From Methanobacteriota archaeon (GTDB lineage: Archaea > Thermoplasmatota > Thermoplasmata > SG8-5 > JAGLSY01), in contig JAEHCQ010000005.1 in NCBI GenBank assembly GCA_020696385.1, positions 72,311 through 136,310 on the forward strand: 64,000 nucleotides of DNA, written 5' to 3'. Below, one piece after another: positions 9,448 to 18,335 of the stretch (the stretch's first letter is position 1; every line of letters begins with the position of its first letter). Below the pieces are notes generated by a model. The model saw only the letters and a list, made by a program, of their open reading frames with translations. It did not search any database and was not told the origin of the DNA. The position numbers were made by a program, and so were the translations under genes.

Positions 9448-10452
9448 ATGAAGGCCGACATCAATGGGAATATAGAGGATATAAGAGCAGTGTGGATGGA
9501 AGGAAAAACCGTCCAGATGATCGAGCAGAGACTACTTCCACATAAACTTGAGATATTCACTGCCAGGACAGTGGACGAGGTATGTTATTCCATAAAGGAA
9601 ATGGTTACTCGCGGTGCTCCAGCAATAGGTGTCACAGCAGCCTACGGCATGGCACTGGCAGTTCTCACAGGCGAAGATATTGATGATGCAGCAAAGAGAT
9701 TGAAGGCCACACGCCCCACAGCATACGACCTTTTTCATGCTGTGGATCACATGCTGGACAAACTGGCTAATGGCGAGGAAGCTGTTAGCGTGGCAGAGGA
9801 ATATGCAAACTCCATCGTGGAAAAATGCAGGCTGATCGGAGAATATGGTGAGCCACTAATACCAGATGGAGGAGTTGTTCTCACACACTGCAATGCAGGT
9901 GCACTGGCCACCGTGGACCACGGGACCGCACTCGCACCCATGAGAGCGGCCCATAACAAAGGAAAGAAGATCTTTGTGTTCGCGGATGAAACGCGCCCCA
10001 GACTTCAGGGCGCGGCATTGACATCCTGGGAACTGGTGCAGGAAGGCATTGACCATGCGATAATCGCTGACAATGCAGCTGGCCATTATATGCTGAGAAA
10101 GGAGGTCGACCTGTGCATAACAGGAGCAGACAGGATAACAGCCAATGGAGACTTTGCCAATAAGATAGGGACCTATGAGAAGGCGGTTGTGGCAAAGGAG
10201 AATGGGATACCGTTCTATGTAGCGGCTCCTGTGAGCACATTTGATTTCAACCTGGCATCTGGTATGGACATCCCAATTGAAGAGAGAGATCAAGACGAGG
10301 TAAGGATTGTCAATGGCGGGCTTATCTGCCACAAGGACGCGAAAGCCAGGAATCCTGCTTTCGATGTCACACCAGCTAAATTCGTAGCTGGCTTCATAAC
10401 CGAGATCGGTGTGTTGAAACCGGATGAGATCCACAAGTTAAAAGTAAAGTGA
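9448..10452 (+). CDS. mtnA: S-methyl-5-thioribose-1-phosphate isomerase
   Basis: RGAPAIG, TRPTA, LTHCNAGALAT, DETRPRLQG, NKIGTY, NPAFDVTP. Confidence 0.93.
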   Translation: MKADINGNIEDIRAVWMEGKTVQMIEQRLLPHKLEIFTARTVDEVCYSIKEMVTRGAPAIGVTAAYGMALAVLTGEDIDDAAKRLKATRPTAYDLFHAVDHMLDKLANGEEAVSVAEEYANSIVEKCRLIGEYGEPLIPDGGVVLTHCNAGALATVDHGTALAPMRAAHNKGKKIFVFADETRPRLQGAALTSWELVQEGIDHAIIADNAAGHYMLRKEVDLCITGADRITANGDFANKIGTYEKAVVAKENGIPFYVAAPVSTFDFNLASGMDIPIEERDQDEVRIVNGGLICHKDAKARNPAFDVTPAKFVAGFITEIGVLKPDEIHKLKVK

Positions 10453-10583
10453 GAAAGATCAACTCAGAAATGGGTAGATATTAGAAAACTTCTTAATAAG
10501 CCAGAGACTTATGCGACTGTATTAACCATTGTTAATAAGAACGTTAATATTTAATAATAGTTAACATATTCACAATCGATAAT

Positions 10584-10850
10584 ATGGCGAGCGAAGTGTA
10601 TCAACTGGTAGAGAAAGAACTTGATTTTTTAGGTGACATACTTTGTGCCGGAATAATCAAAAAAGGATTGAGCAAGGTTCCGGCATCTCCGGATGATGCC
10701 TGTGTCGATGACATGATGATGGCATTGGACCTCCACATAAAAACAGCTCTGGTAACTTTTGTAGGTGTAGATGAGGCAAATTTGAAGATCCTCAACCTGA
10801 AAAAGAAACTGGCAGGCCTCAATGGCGGAGGTGTTTCCAATGGAAGCTAA
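10584..10850 (+). CDS. Small hypothetical protein (88 aa)
   Basis: Clean ORF after an AT-rich promoter region; overlaps the start of the next gene. Confidence 0.7.
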   Translation: MASEVYQLVEKELDFLGDILCAGIIKKGLSKVPASPDDACVDDMMMALDLHIKTALVTFVGVDEANLKILNLKKKLAGLNGGGVSNGS

Positions 10851-11925
10851 AGAGTTCCTTAAAAATCCAATGATCCTTCTTCTTATCATTTTTGGGATAA
10901 TATCTACAATTGTGTATCTGGGTATTCCCGAAGACAGTGACAATTTCATTTCCATGACCTACCTTGTCTACCTTGCCTCAACATACATCAGCACAGTGAT
11001 GTTGTTCTATGTCGTCAAATTCTATGGTACGAAGAGCTTTGAGGGGAAGGTCTGGCTACTAATCTCAGTAGGTATGCTCCTTTGGGCTCTGGGTGAGACC
11101 ATTTGGTATTACTACGATGCAGTTGCTGGAGTGGATCCGTTTCCATCCATTGCGGATGTGGCCTACATTGTCGCCTATCTGCCAATTGCATTCGCCTTCA
11201 TCTATAAGGCGAAGTTCACAAAGGCAAAGTTCGATATGAAAAAGACCGCGGCGATCGCCATAATTCTAATTCTCATAGCCTTGCCCACAGCGATATATGT
11301 CGCAGGCCCGATATTGGCTGATGAAGGTGTTCTGGACATGGATGGAAATGCTATGGACGATGCCCCCTATTATTACTTCATGACTGCCGAAGATGGCGTG
11401 ATGCCAGATACTTTCATTGTGGCTGATGAAGAAGTTTATGACGTTGCCGTCAATGCGACCATCGTGATGGAGCTGGACCCAAGTGTTGATATTGACAGTG
11501 TGGAGGAGATGTTCGGCCTCTATGATATTGACTGGGAATACATTGATGGAACATTCGAATGGAATGGGACCACTGTGACATTCACACCTGACGAAGCACT
11601 TGAGCCAGGCGCGGAATATGAAGCCGAGGTTTACATCGGATATGGTTCATTGGAAAAAGGCATAAGTCTGCTATACCCCATGCTTGACCTGGTATTGCTG
11701 GCCTTCGCGTTGTTCATCGCATTCTACTGGGGCTCATCTGTATCTGGTGGGTGGTACATTGTTTCCATCGCTATTGCTCTCACCACATTGGCTGATATTG
11801 GCTTTACTTTCTTGGATTGGCAGGGATTATCCTTCCCGCCTATGGATCTTCTATGGGTGGCCAGCTACCTGGCCTTCGCCATGGGCGGAATATACCAGAA
11901 GATGCTGCATGAATCATTCATGTAA
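10840..11925 (+). CDS. Membrane protein: sensor-like multi-TM domain with an inserted acidic Ig-like domain
   Basis: LWALGETIWYYY..DPFPSIADVAY TM motif; inserted segment WNGTTVTFTPDEALEPGAEY. GGAGGTG before ATG 10840. Confidence 0.7.
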   Translation: MEAKEFLKNPMILLLIIFGIISTIVYLGIPEDSDNFISMTYLVYLASTYISTVMLFYVVKFYGTKSFEGKVWLLISVGMLLWALGETIWYYYDAVAGVDPFPSIADVAYIVAYLPIAFAFIYKAKFTKAKFDMKKTAAIAIILILIALPTAIYVAGPILADEGVLDMDGNAMDDAPYYYFMTAEDGVMPDTFIVADEEVYDVAVNATIVMELDPSVDIDSVEEMFGLYDIDWEYIDGTFEWNGTTVTFTPDEALEPGAEYEAEVYIGYGSLEKGISLLYPMLDLVLLAFALFIAFYWGSSVSGGWYIVSIAIALTTLADIGFTFLDWQGLSFPPMDLLWVASYLAFAMGGIYQKMLHESFM

Positions 11926-11991
11926 AGGATCTGGACAATCAAAAGATCCGCATACAAAACAATATGGACAATTCAATTCATAATAGAGGTA

Positions 11992-12050
11992 GAGCCGGAT
12001 AAGTTGTCAGGAATTAAGTAAATCAGTGATCCTCTAGCCTTTACCGGCTC
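11992..12050. other. Intergenic imperfect hairpin, candidate small structured RNA
   Basis: GAGCCGG(ATAAG) pairs with (CTTTA)CCGGCTC, with inner AGGA/TCCT pairing. Confidence 0.4.
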
Positions 12051-12137
12051 CAGTATTATTATACGTGTCTTGTCCTTATAATACTTTTGGATGAATAATC
12101 CAGCTTTTGTAACTTTGGATGAGCCTTCCATTTCCAC

Positions 12138-12152
12138 AATAACCTTTTAAAC
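12138..12152 (+). promoter_or_regulatory. Putative BRE/TATA promoter of nop5 (leaderless)
   Basis: aataaccTTTTAAAc about 28 bp upstream of ATG 12180. Confidence 0.5.
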
Positions 12153-12179
12153 AATCAGGTTTATCATCGCCCTGATATC

Positions 12180-13373
12180 ATGAAGCTGGTAACTACCTGG
12201 TTTGGCGTTTTCATCCTGGATGAGGACGAAATAGTCGAGAAGATCCTATTCCCCAAGGAAGCAGAGGAGATCGCCAAGAGGATGAAGACCATCCAGAACA
12301 AGCGCATACTGGCCGAAGAAGAAGAAATGGCTGGTGGCAAACAGGTGTTCGTCTTCGATGAAAGGCTGGTCATGATCGGAGAGATGTTATTTGACAATCC
12401 ACCCTTTATTTCACCAGATGACCATGATTTTTCCAGCCAATTACTAAATCAAGCAATGATAATAGTCGGCAAGGACATGGTCAGAACCAGTGGTTCTCCC
12501 GACCAGCAAATACTCCAGGCCATAAGGGCGATGGATGACTTTGACAAAACCATCAATCTTCTTTCAGAAAGATTGCATGAATGGCATGAGATCAATTTTC
12601 CAGAACTATCAAAGCTGGTCTCTGAAAAGGATTATTTCAATTTAATAGCCGAGCATGGCGACCGTGAGAGCATTCTGGCCAACTCCAAGATAGATATCCC
12701 GGATTCAATGGGCTCGGAGATAGAGCCAGAGGATGCCGAGGCCATGAAGATGATGGCCGGTAATATCCTGAAGGCGATTGAAACCAGAGAGGATCTGGAG
12801 AAGTTCGTTCAGAAACGCATGGAGGCCTTCGCACCCAATACAACTCAGATTGCTGGCCCTCTGATAGGGGCCCGATTGATATCTCTTGCTGGCAGCATGG
12901 AAAAATTGGCAAAAATGCCGACCAGTACAGTTCAGATACTGGGAGCTGAAAAAGCATTCTTCAAGCACATTAGGGAGAAGGTCAACCCACCAAAACACGG
13001 GATCATTTTCCAGAATCCCGTGATACACCGCGCTCCATACTGGCAGAGAGGGAATATATCCCGGGCATTGTCAAGTAAGATATCCATGGCCGTGAAAGTT
13101 GATTTCTTCGGCGATGGAAAGATGATCGCCGATGAATTGCAAAAGGACCTGGAAAGAAAAGTGGCGGAGATAAAGAAGAAGTATCCGGAAGCTCCTGCAA
13201 AGAAGAGGAATCCAACTCCAAGCCACAGAACGGGGCAGAAGCCAGGAGGACGCCCTGGTGGAAATAGACAGGGCGGGCATGACAATCGCAGGGACAGTAG
13301 AGGTGGTGGCGATAGGAGAAAAGGACAGTCTGGCCAGGGTCGAAAGTATGATTCCAGGCGCAAGAAGAATTGA
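12180..13373 (+). CDS. nop5: Box C/D RNP protein Nop5 (Nop56/58 family) with G/R-rich tail
   Basis: ERLHEW..NFPEL, APN..IAGPLIGARLIS.AG, QILGAEKAFF, PPKHGIIF, WQRG. Confidence 0.93.
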   Translation: MKLVTTWFGVFILDEDEIVEKILFPKEAEEIAKRMKTIQNKRILAEEEEMAGGKQVFVFDERLVMIGEMLFDNPPFISPDDHDFSSQLLNQAMIIVGKDMVRTSGSPDQQILQAIRAMDDFDKTINLLSERLHEWHEINFPELSKLVSEKDYFNLIAEHGDRESILANSKIDIPDSMGSEIEPEDAEAMKMMAGNILKAIETREDLEKFVQKRMEAFAPNTTQIAGPLIGARLISLAGSMEKLAKMPTSTVQILGAEKAFFKHIREKVNPPKHGIIFQNPVIHRAPYWQRGNISRALSSKISMAVKVDFFGDGKMIADELQKDLERKVAEIKKKYPEAPAKKRNPTPSHRTGQKPGGRPGGNRQGGHDNRRDSRGGGDRRKGQSGQGRKYDSRRKKN

Positions 13374-13516
13374 GCTTTAGGACGATCCACTCCAGTTTCA
13401 CTCACCTATTGGTCAATATACAGCCGGTATTTTCAAGTAGAGCTTTGCATAGTTCCAAAAGCTTAATTACCTTCAAGGTATTTCCAAAATATAATCCGAG
13501 CGAGGGAAGTGAGTTC

Positions 13517-14563
13517 ATGAGAGCTACAAAGAAAGACATGGGGCCAGGTGGAAGAGACAGCATATTCTTCAAGCAGAATTTGGACAGACCGTCCAATCCA
13601 GGGCAGATATCATACTACCCACCGGAACCTTCTGATGACCTGAAGAAACAGGTGAAGAAGGACAAGACTGGCGGGATAGTATTCTACGTCATCGGATTCG
13701 TAATCACGATGATGGGACTCGGGGCCGCTCTTAGTGATTCAGCAGACTTGGAAGTATATTCCGTGCTGATACCCGTATGTTTGATCATCGGGCTTTTGGC
13801 CGCTTTCTTCTATCTTTACAATAACAATGTCGCTCTGGCAAAGCTTTCACGCACTTTGCCATTGATCCTGATGGTTGCCCTACTTCTTCTTTACATCGTG
13901 GGGATCATTGGCGCGGTCATGAGCCTTGCCTCACTAGGCGGAGGTTTTGATGAACCTCAGATGCCAGATAATCCATCTCCAGAGCAGATCGCGGAATATG
14001 AGAACCTGATGGATCAATACGATCAGGACATAGAGGACATGATGAACGATATCCAGGATGGATTCGATGACCTCATGAACAGTTTACTGGCTCCTGCCTT
14101 TTTCTTCATATCAGCAGGTCTTGTAATAGCAAGAGCCGGCGGAACTCAATTATGGACATCTACAAGGATCGTTCATCAGTATATGCCAGCCACCATAATT
14201 CTGGAAGCTCCATTTGAAGCAACTGTAGCTATGCCAGTAGCAGCTGCTTCACCAGTAATAGCAACAGCACCAACAGTTGCACCTGCACCCGCTGCAGCTC
14301 CACCAGAAGACCCATGTTCAAAATGCGGACAGCCAATGAGCTTCATAGAGGAGTATGGCAGATTCTACTGTTATTCATGTCAGGATTACGAACCACTGCA
14401 AGCATCGGCAGAGCCAGCAGCAACCCCAACTGCCCCAGCTCCTATTGTTGAGGAGGAGCCAGCAGAGCCAGAAGGCCCAAAATGCAAGCATTGCGAGGGT
14501 GAATTAGAACATATTGAGGAATACGACAGATCATATTGCTATGATTGCAAAAAGTATGACTGA
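13517..14563 (+). CDS. Membrane protein with A/P-rich linker and two C-terminal zinc ribbons
   Basis: About 4 TM segments; CSKCG..EEYGRFYCYSC and CKHCE..EEYDRSYCYDC. Confidence 0.75.
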   Translation: MRATKKDMGPGGRDSIFFKQNLDRPSNPGQISYYPPEPSDDLKKQVKKDKTGGIVFYVIGFVITMMGLGAALSDSADLEVYSVLIPVCLIIGLLAAFFYLYNNNVALAKLSRTLPLILMVALLLLYIVGIIGAVMSLASLGGGFDEPQMPDNPSPEQIAEYENLMDQYDQDIEDMMNDIQDGFDDLMNSLLAPAFFFISAGLVIARAGGTQLWTSTRIVHQYMPATIILEAPFEATVAMPVAAASPVIATAPTVAPAPAAAPPEDPCSKCGQPMSFIEEYGRFYCYSCQDYEPLQASAEPAATPTAPAPIVEEEPAEPEGPKCKHCEGELEHIEEYDRSYCYDCKKYD

Positions 14564-14616
14564 ACATTCAATGCCAGCATAACTGCCAATCAGTAATCTC
14601 AAACCAAATAGATAGA

Positions 14617-15633
14617 TCATTCTTGATCAAATGGGTTGATGATGAGATTCAGGTCTGCGCCACAATTCTTGCATTTGCCATTGTTATGCAATAACTTGAT
14701 GACATGATATCCGATCCTCTTGATAGCTATCTGGCCGCAATCGGGACAGTAGGTGCTTTCTTCATCCCTCTGTGGCACATTTCCCATGTACACGAACTTG
14801 ACCCCGGCTTCCTTGGCTATCTTGTATGCCCTTTCAAGTGTCTTGACAGGTGTTCGCCTTATGTCCAGTGCCTTATAGTCTGGATGAAATGCAGAGAAGT
14901 GAAGTGGGGTATCGGCTCCAAGCTCATCCATCACCCATTGAGTGTATCGACCCAGCTCTTCCGGGCTGTCATTCCTTCCAGGTATGAGCAATGTGACAAG
15001 CTCGATATGGATCCCAAGCTCCTTGGCCAGCATGCATGTGTCCAGAACTGGTTGCAGTCGAGCCTTGGAATATTTTCTATAAAATTCATCTGTGAAGGCC
15101 TTCACATCTATGTTCATCGCATCCAGATGTGGTGACAACTCTCTCATGGCCTCTTCCGTGATGTAGCCATTGGTAACATAACTGGTTGCAAGGCCTGCTT
15201 GATGCGCCTGTTTGCATCCATCCAGCATGAACTCGTACCAGATGGTCGGCTCATTGTATGTCCATGAAACACTCTGGCAGTCATATTTCTCTGCCAGAAG
15301 AGGAACTTCAATGGGGGTTATTCGCTTCAATCCTCTTGTGCTGAACTGCTGGGATATCGAGAAGTTCTGACAGAAATCACATCTGAAATTACATCCAATA
15401 CTGCCAAATGAAAATGCTCTGGTGCGGGGCATGAAGTGATTGAGCGGTTTCTTCTCTATAGGGTCAGGTCCCATAGAGGATACCAGGCCATAACTGGATG
15501 CAATGAGAACATTTTTATTATTCTCCCTCACACCGCATATGCCTGACTTTCCATTGGGGATCTTACATCGGTGGGAGCAGAGACTGCATTCGATATTCCC
15601 ATCCTCCAATAACTTCCACATCCTCGCCTCCAT
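14617..15633 (-). CDS. amrS: AmmeMemoRadiSam system radical SAM enzyme
   Basis: CSLCSHRC..GICGVREN, DPIEKKPLNHF, GCNFRCDFCQNFSISQ, TYNEPT, TYCPDCG. Confidence 0.9.
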   Translation of the reverse strand: MEARMWKLLEDGNIECSLCSHRCKIPNGKSGICGVRENNKNVLIASSYGLVSSMGPDPIEKKPLNHFMPRTRAFSFGSIGCNFRCDFCQNFSISQQFSTRGLKRITPIEVPLLAEKYDCQSVSWTYNEPTIWYEFMLDGCKQAHQAGLATSYVTNGYITEEAMRELSPHLDAMNIDVKAFTDEFYRKYSKARLQPVLDTCMLAKELGIHIELVTLLIPGRNDSPEELGRYTQWVMDELGADTPLHFSAFHPDYKALDIRRTPVKTLERAYKIAKEAGVKFVYMGNVPQRDEESTYCPDCGQIAIKRIGYHVIKLLHNNGKCKNCGADLNLIINPFDQE

Positions 15634-15634
15634 C

Positions 15635-16570
15635 TCATCGCCCCCTGAAATGTTCATAGCCCTTGTCTTCCAGAACGATATGCTGGCCACCGGATGAGAT
15701 GTGCACGATACTATCATCGACCACCCGACCAATTGGAGTCACCTTGGTTCCAGCCAGGCCATTTGATGAAATGGATCCCAGCTTCTTAGGGTCTGCGGTG
15801 AACAGAAGCTCGAACTCCCCACCCAGATGAAGACATTTCTGTTGGTCCTCATCAGATAATCCACCAATAAAAGGAATGCTTTCCATATCCAGCTCGAAAC
15901 CCACATTACCAGCCTTCTTCAGATGATGGATCGACGTGCTCAATCCATCAGAAAGATCAATGCAGGATGTCACGGCCCCGCTCTGTGCCAGCATCTGTCC
16001 TTCCCGAACTCTGGGCTGAACTCTTAGAAGGGATTCAATATCCAATTCGGCCTTTGTCTTGTACCAACCGAGTTGGCTTCCCAGCTCCCCGGTGAGGAAT
16101 ACTATATCACCAGGTTTCGCCCCGCTTCGCCTCATGATATCTTTCTTTCCGACCAGCCCCAGCGCGGTTCCAGTAATGCTGATAGTATCATTTTCCTTGG
16201 TATCTCCACCGAGGACCCTGGCTCCATGTGCCTTACAGCAATCGTCTATTCCTTTGGAAATATCATCAAGAAAGTCAATGTCCATGTCCGTAGGCAGACC
16301 CAGGGCGAATAGCATGCCCAGGGGAAATCCACCCATACTGGCAATATCACTCAGATTGATAGCTGTCACATACCATCCAATAAGCCAACCACGAGTTCCA
16401 TCGGGTATGTGTGTTCTCTGATTGATCATATCAGTTGTGGCAAGCAGGTATTCTTTTCCAAGATCCACCATCGCACAATCATCGCCGATCAGCATCTGGC
16501 CATCGGGATCGAATGTCTCCATAAGTTTTAGGATAGCCTGTTTTTCCCCCATATCGCCTAGGATGGTCAT
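15635..16570 (-). CDS. thiL: Thiamine-monophosphate kinase
   Basis: IGDDCA, NLSDIASMGG, LGGDT, IDLSDGL, GGEFELLFT, GYEHF. Confidence 0.92.
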   Translation of the reverse strand: MTILGDMGEKQAILKLMETFDPDGQMLIGDDCAMVDLGKEYLLATTDMINQRTHIPDGTRGWLIGWYVTAINLSDIASMGGFPLGMLFALGLPTDMDIDFLDDISKGIDDCCKAHGARVLGGDTKENDTISITGTALGLVGKKDIMRRSGAKPGDIVFLTGELGSQLGWYKTKAELDIESLLRVQPRVREGQMLAQSGAVTSCIDLSDGLSTSIHHLKKAGNVGFELDMESIPFIGGLSDEDQQKCLHLGGEFELLFTADPKKLGSISSNGLAGTKVTPIGRVVDDSIVHISSGGQHIVLEDKGYEHFRGR

Positions 16571-16659
16571 TGACTGGATAATGTAAGAGGATGATAAATA
16601 ATTTGTCAGCCTGGCAAACATTTAAATAAAGACAATCTTATAATTGTGTTGGTGAAAGT

Positions 16660-17763
16660 ATGGTTCAGGCAAGAAAGGTCAGACCGAAGTTCTTTCGGAA
16701 AAGATCGCAGAAGCCCTTCGAGCTAAGGCAAGAGGAAGTTGGCTCCCCCCCAGGCACACTGCTGCCATCCAGATTTCCTCGAAAGGAAAAGGCCAAGATC
16801 ACGATAATCGATTATTCACAAGATGAGTACAATGAATCCACGACCTACGATGTGGAGGATTGTGCCAAATACAAGGATTCCAAATCAGTCACATGGATAA
16901 ACATCGACAGCGTGGATGATGTGAACACTCTATCCAAACTTGGAGAGTATTTTAATGTACATCCACTGGCATTGGAAGATATCCAGGATACGGACCAGAG
17001 ACCAAAACTGGAGGAATATGATGACCTATACCTCATCGTGACAAAGTTGCTGAGGTTCAGGGATATAATCGTCAGTGAACAGGTCAGCATGCTTCTTGGC
17101 AAGAAATATGTGATCACTATCCAGATGACGGAAGAGGATTGCTTCGATCCTATCAGAGATCGTCTAAGAAGCGGGACTGGGAGGATAAGATCAATGGGCC
17201 CGGATTATCTCGCATATTCCTTAATGGATGTACTAACTGATGAATATTACCCGATACTTCAGATATATGGAGATGAGCTTGAAAGACTTGAGGACACTGT
17301 CTTCAAAGATCCTCGACCTCACATGCTTCAGAAGATCCAAAGAGGAAAAAGAGATCTCCTGCTTATTCGAAGGTCCATCTTGCCAAATCGTGAGATCCTT
17401 GGCAAGCTGATGAGAGACGATGAAACTGGCCTGATAGCCGAGTCCACCAAAAGATATCTCAGGGACTGCCAGGACAATACCATCCAGATAAGTGATATCA
17501 TCGAGACATACAGAGATATGAGCTCATCACTTCAAGACCTGTATCTATCCAGCATAAGCCACAGGATGAACGAGGTCATGAAGGTCCTTACCATCATTGC
17601 CACGATATTCATACCTCTAACTTTCATCACCGGTCTTTATGGAATGAACTTCGATGCCATGCCAGAGCTTCACTGGGAATGGGGATATTATGCTTCACTA
17701 ACGGCCATGTTTATGGTATCAATATCCATGCTGATATACTTCAAAAGGAAGAGATGGCTTTAA
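16660..17763 (+). CDS. corA: Magnesium/cobalt transporter CorA
   Basis: HPLALEDI, QRPKLEEY, MNEVMKVLT, YGMNF..MPEL. Confidence 0.95.
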   Translation: MVQARKVRPKFFRKRSQKPFELRQEEVGSPPGTLLPSRFPRKEKAKITIIDYSQDEYNESTTYDVEDCAKYKDSKSVTWINIDSVDDVNTLSKLGEYFNVHPLALEDIQDTDQRPKLEEYDDLYLIVTKLLRFRDIIVSEQVSMLLGKKYVITIQMTEEDCFDPIRDRLRSGTGRIRSMGPDYLAYSLMDVLTDEYYPILQIYGDELERLEDTVFKDPRPHMLQKIQRGKRDLLLIRRSILPNREILGKLMRDDETGLIAESTKRYLRDCQDNTIQISDIIETYRDMSSSLQDLYLSSISHRMNEVMKVLTIIATIFIPLTFITGLYGMNFDAMPELHWEWGYYASLTAMFMVSISMLIYFKRKRWL

Positions 17764-17805
17764 GTCAAAGGGAAATAATGCCTGCTCGAAAATGGAGATG
17801 TCATT

Positions 17806-18246
17806 GTGAATTCAGATCGATACACGAACTTGATCAGATACAATAGGCTCAAACTGCTTTTTTCAAGAGTGCTTTTCATATCTGGCGCTTTCTTTTTATT
17901 GCTCGATTTATATTTTATTTTTAATATAAAATATTGGGAATTAAATATATTGTGGATGAACTTCTTATTGGGGTGTGCTCTGGTAATATTATCCTTCTCA
18001 AGCAAGCTGGGTCGTATGTTCAAGTCCTTCAGAAAGTCTGTGAACCCTTACACAAGAAAAGGAGATTGCAATGAATGCGGTACATGCTGTCGCCTTCCAG
18101 TCCCATGCCTTTTCTTCTTCGGGAATCGCTGTCTCATCCACAAAATAAGGCCAAAGCAATGCAAGGAATTCCCGGACGAACCGAAACAACTGGTCAGCTA
18201 TAAATGTGGATATTATTTTGATAAAGATGATAGTGCCCGCGAATGA
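17806..18246 (+). CDS. Two-TM protein with a YkgJ-like CxxCxxCC cysteine cluster
   Basis: CNECGTCC..C...CLIH..RPKQC..FP. AT-rich 5' half. Confidence 0.65.
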   Translation: MNSDRYTNLIRYNRLKLLFSRVLFISGAFFLLLDLYFIFNIKYWELNILWMNFLLGCALVILSFSSKLGRMFKSFRKSVNPYTRKGDCNECGTCCRLPVPCLFFFGNRCLIHKIRPKQCKEFPDEPKQLVSYKCGYYFDKDDSARE

Positions 18247-18335
18247 TTTATATCAACTATAATGTTCGATTCATAGACATCATAAAAGAGCATATCAGCC
18301 CAAATATTATTAAGCAAAATGCCAATGGTCTTCCA

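Noticed and set aside
13370-13516. Fibrillarin remnant after nop5 (TTG-start extension in the ORF track)
   Set aside because: The translation shows no fibrillarin similarity; the region looks like promoter DNA for the ATG at 13517.
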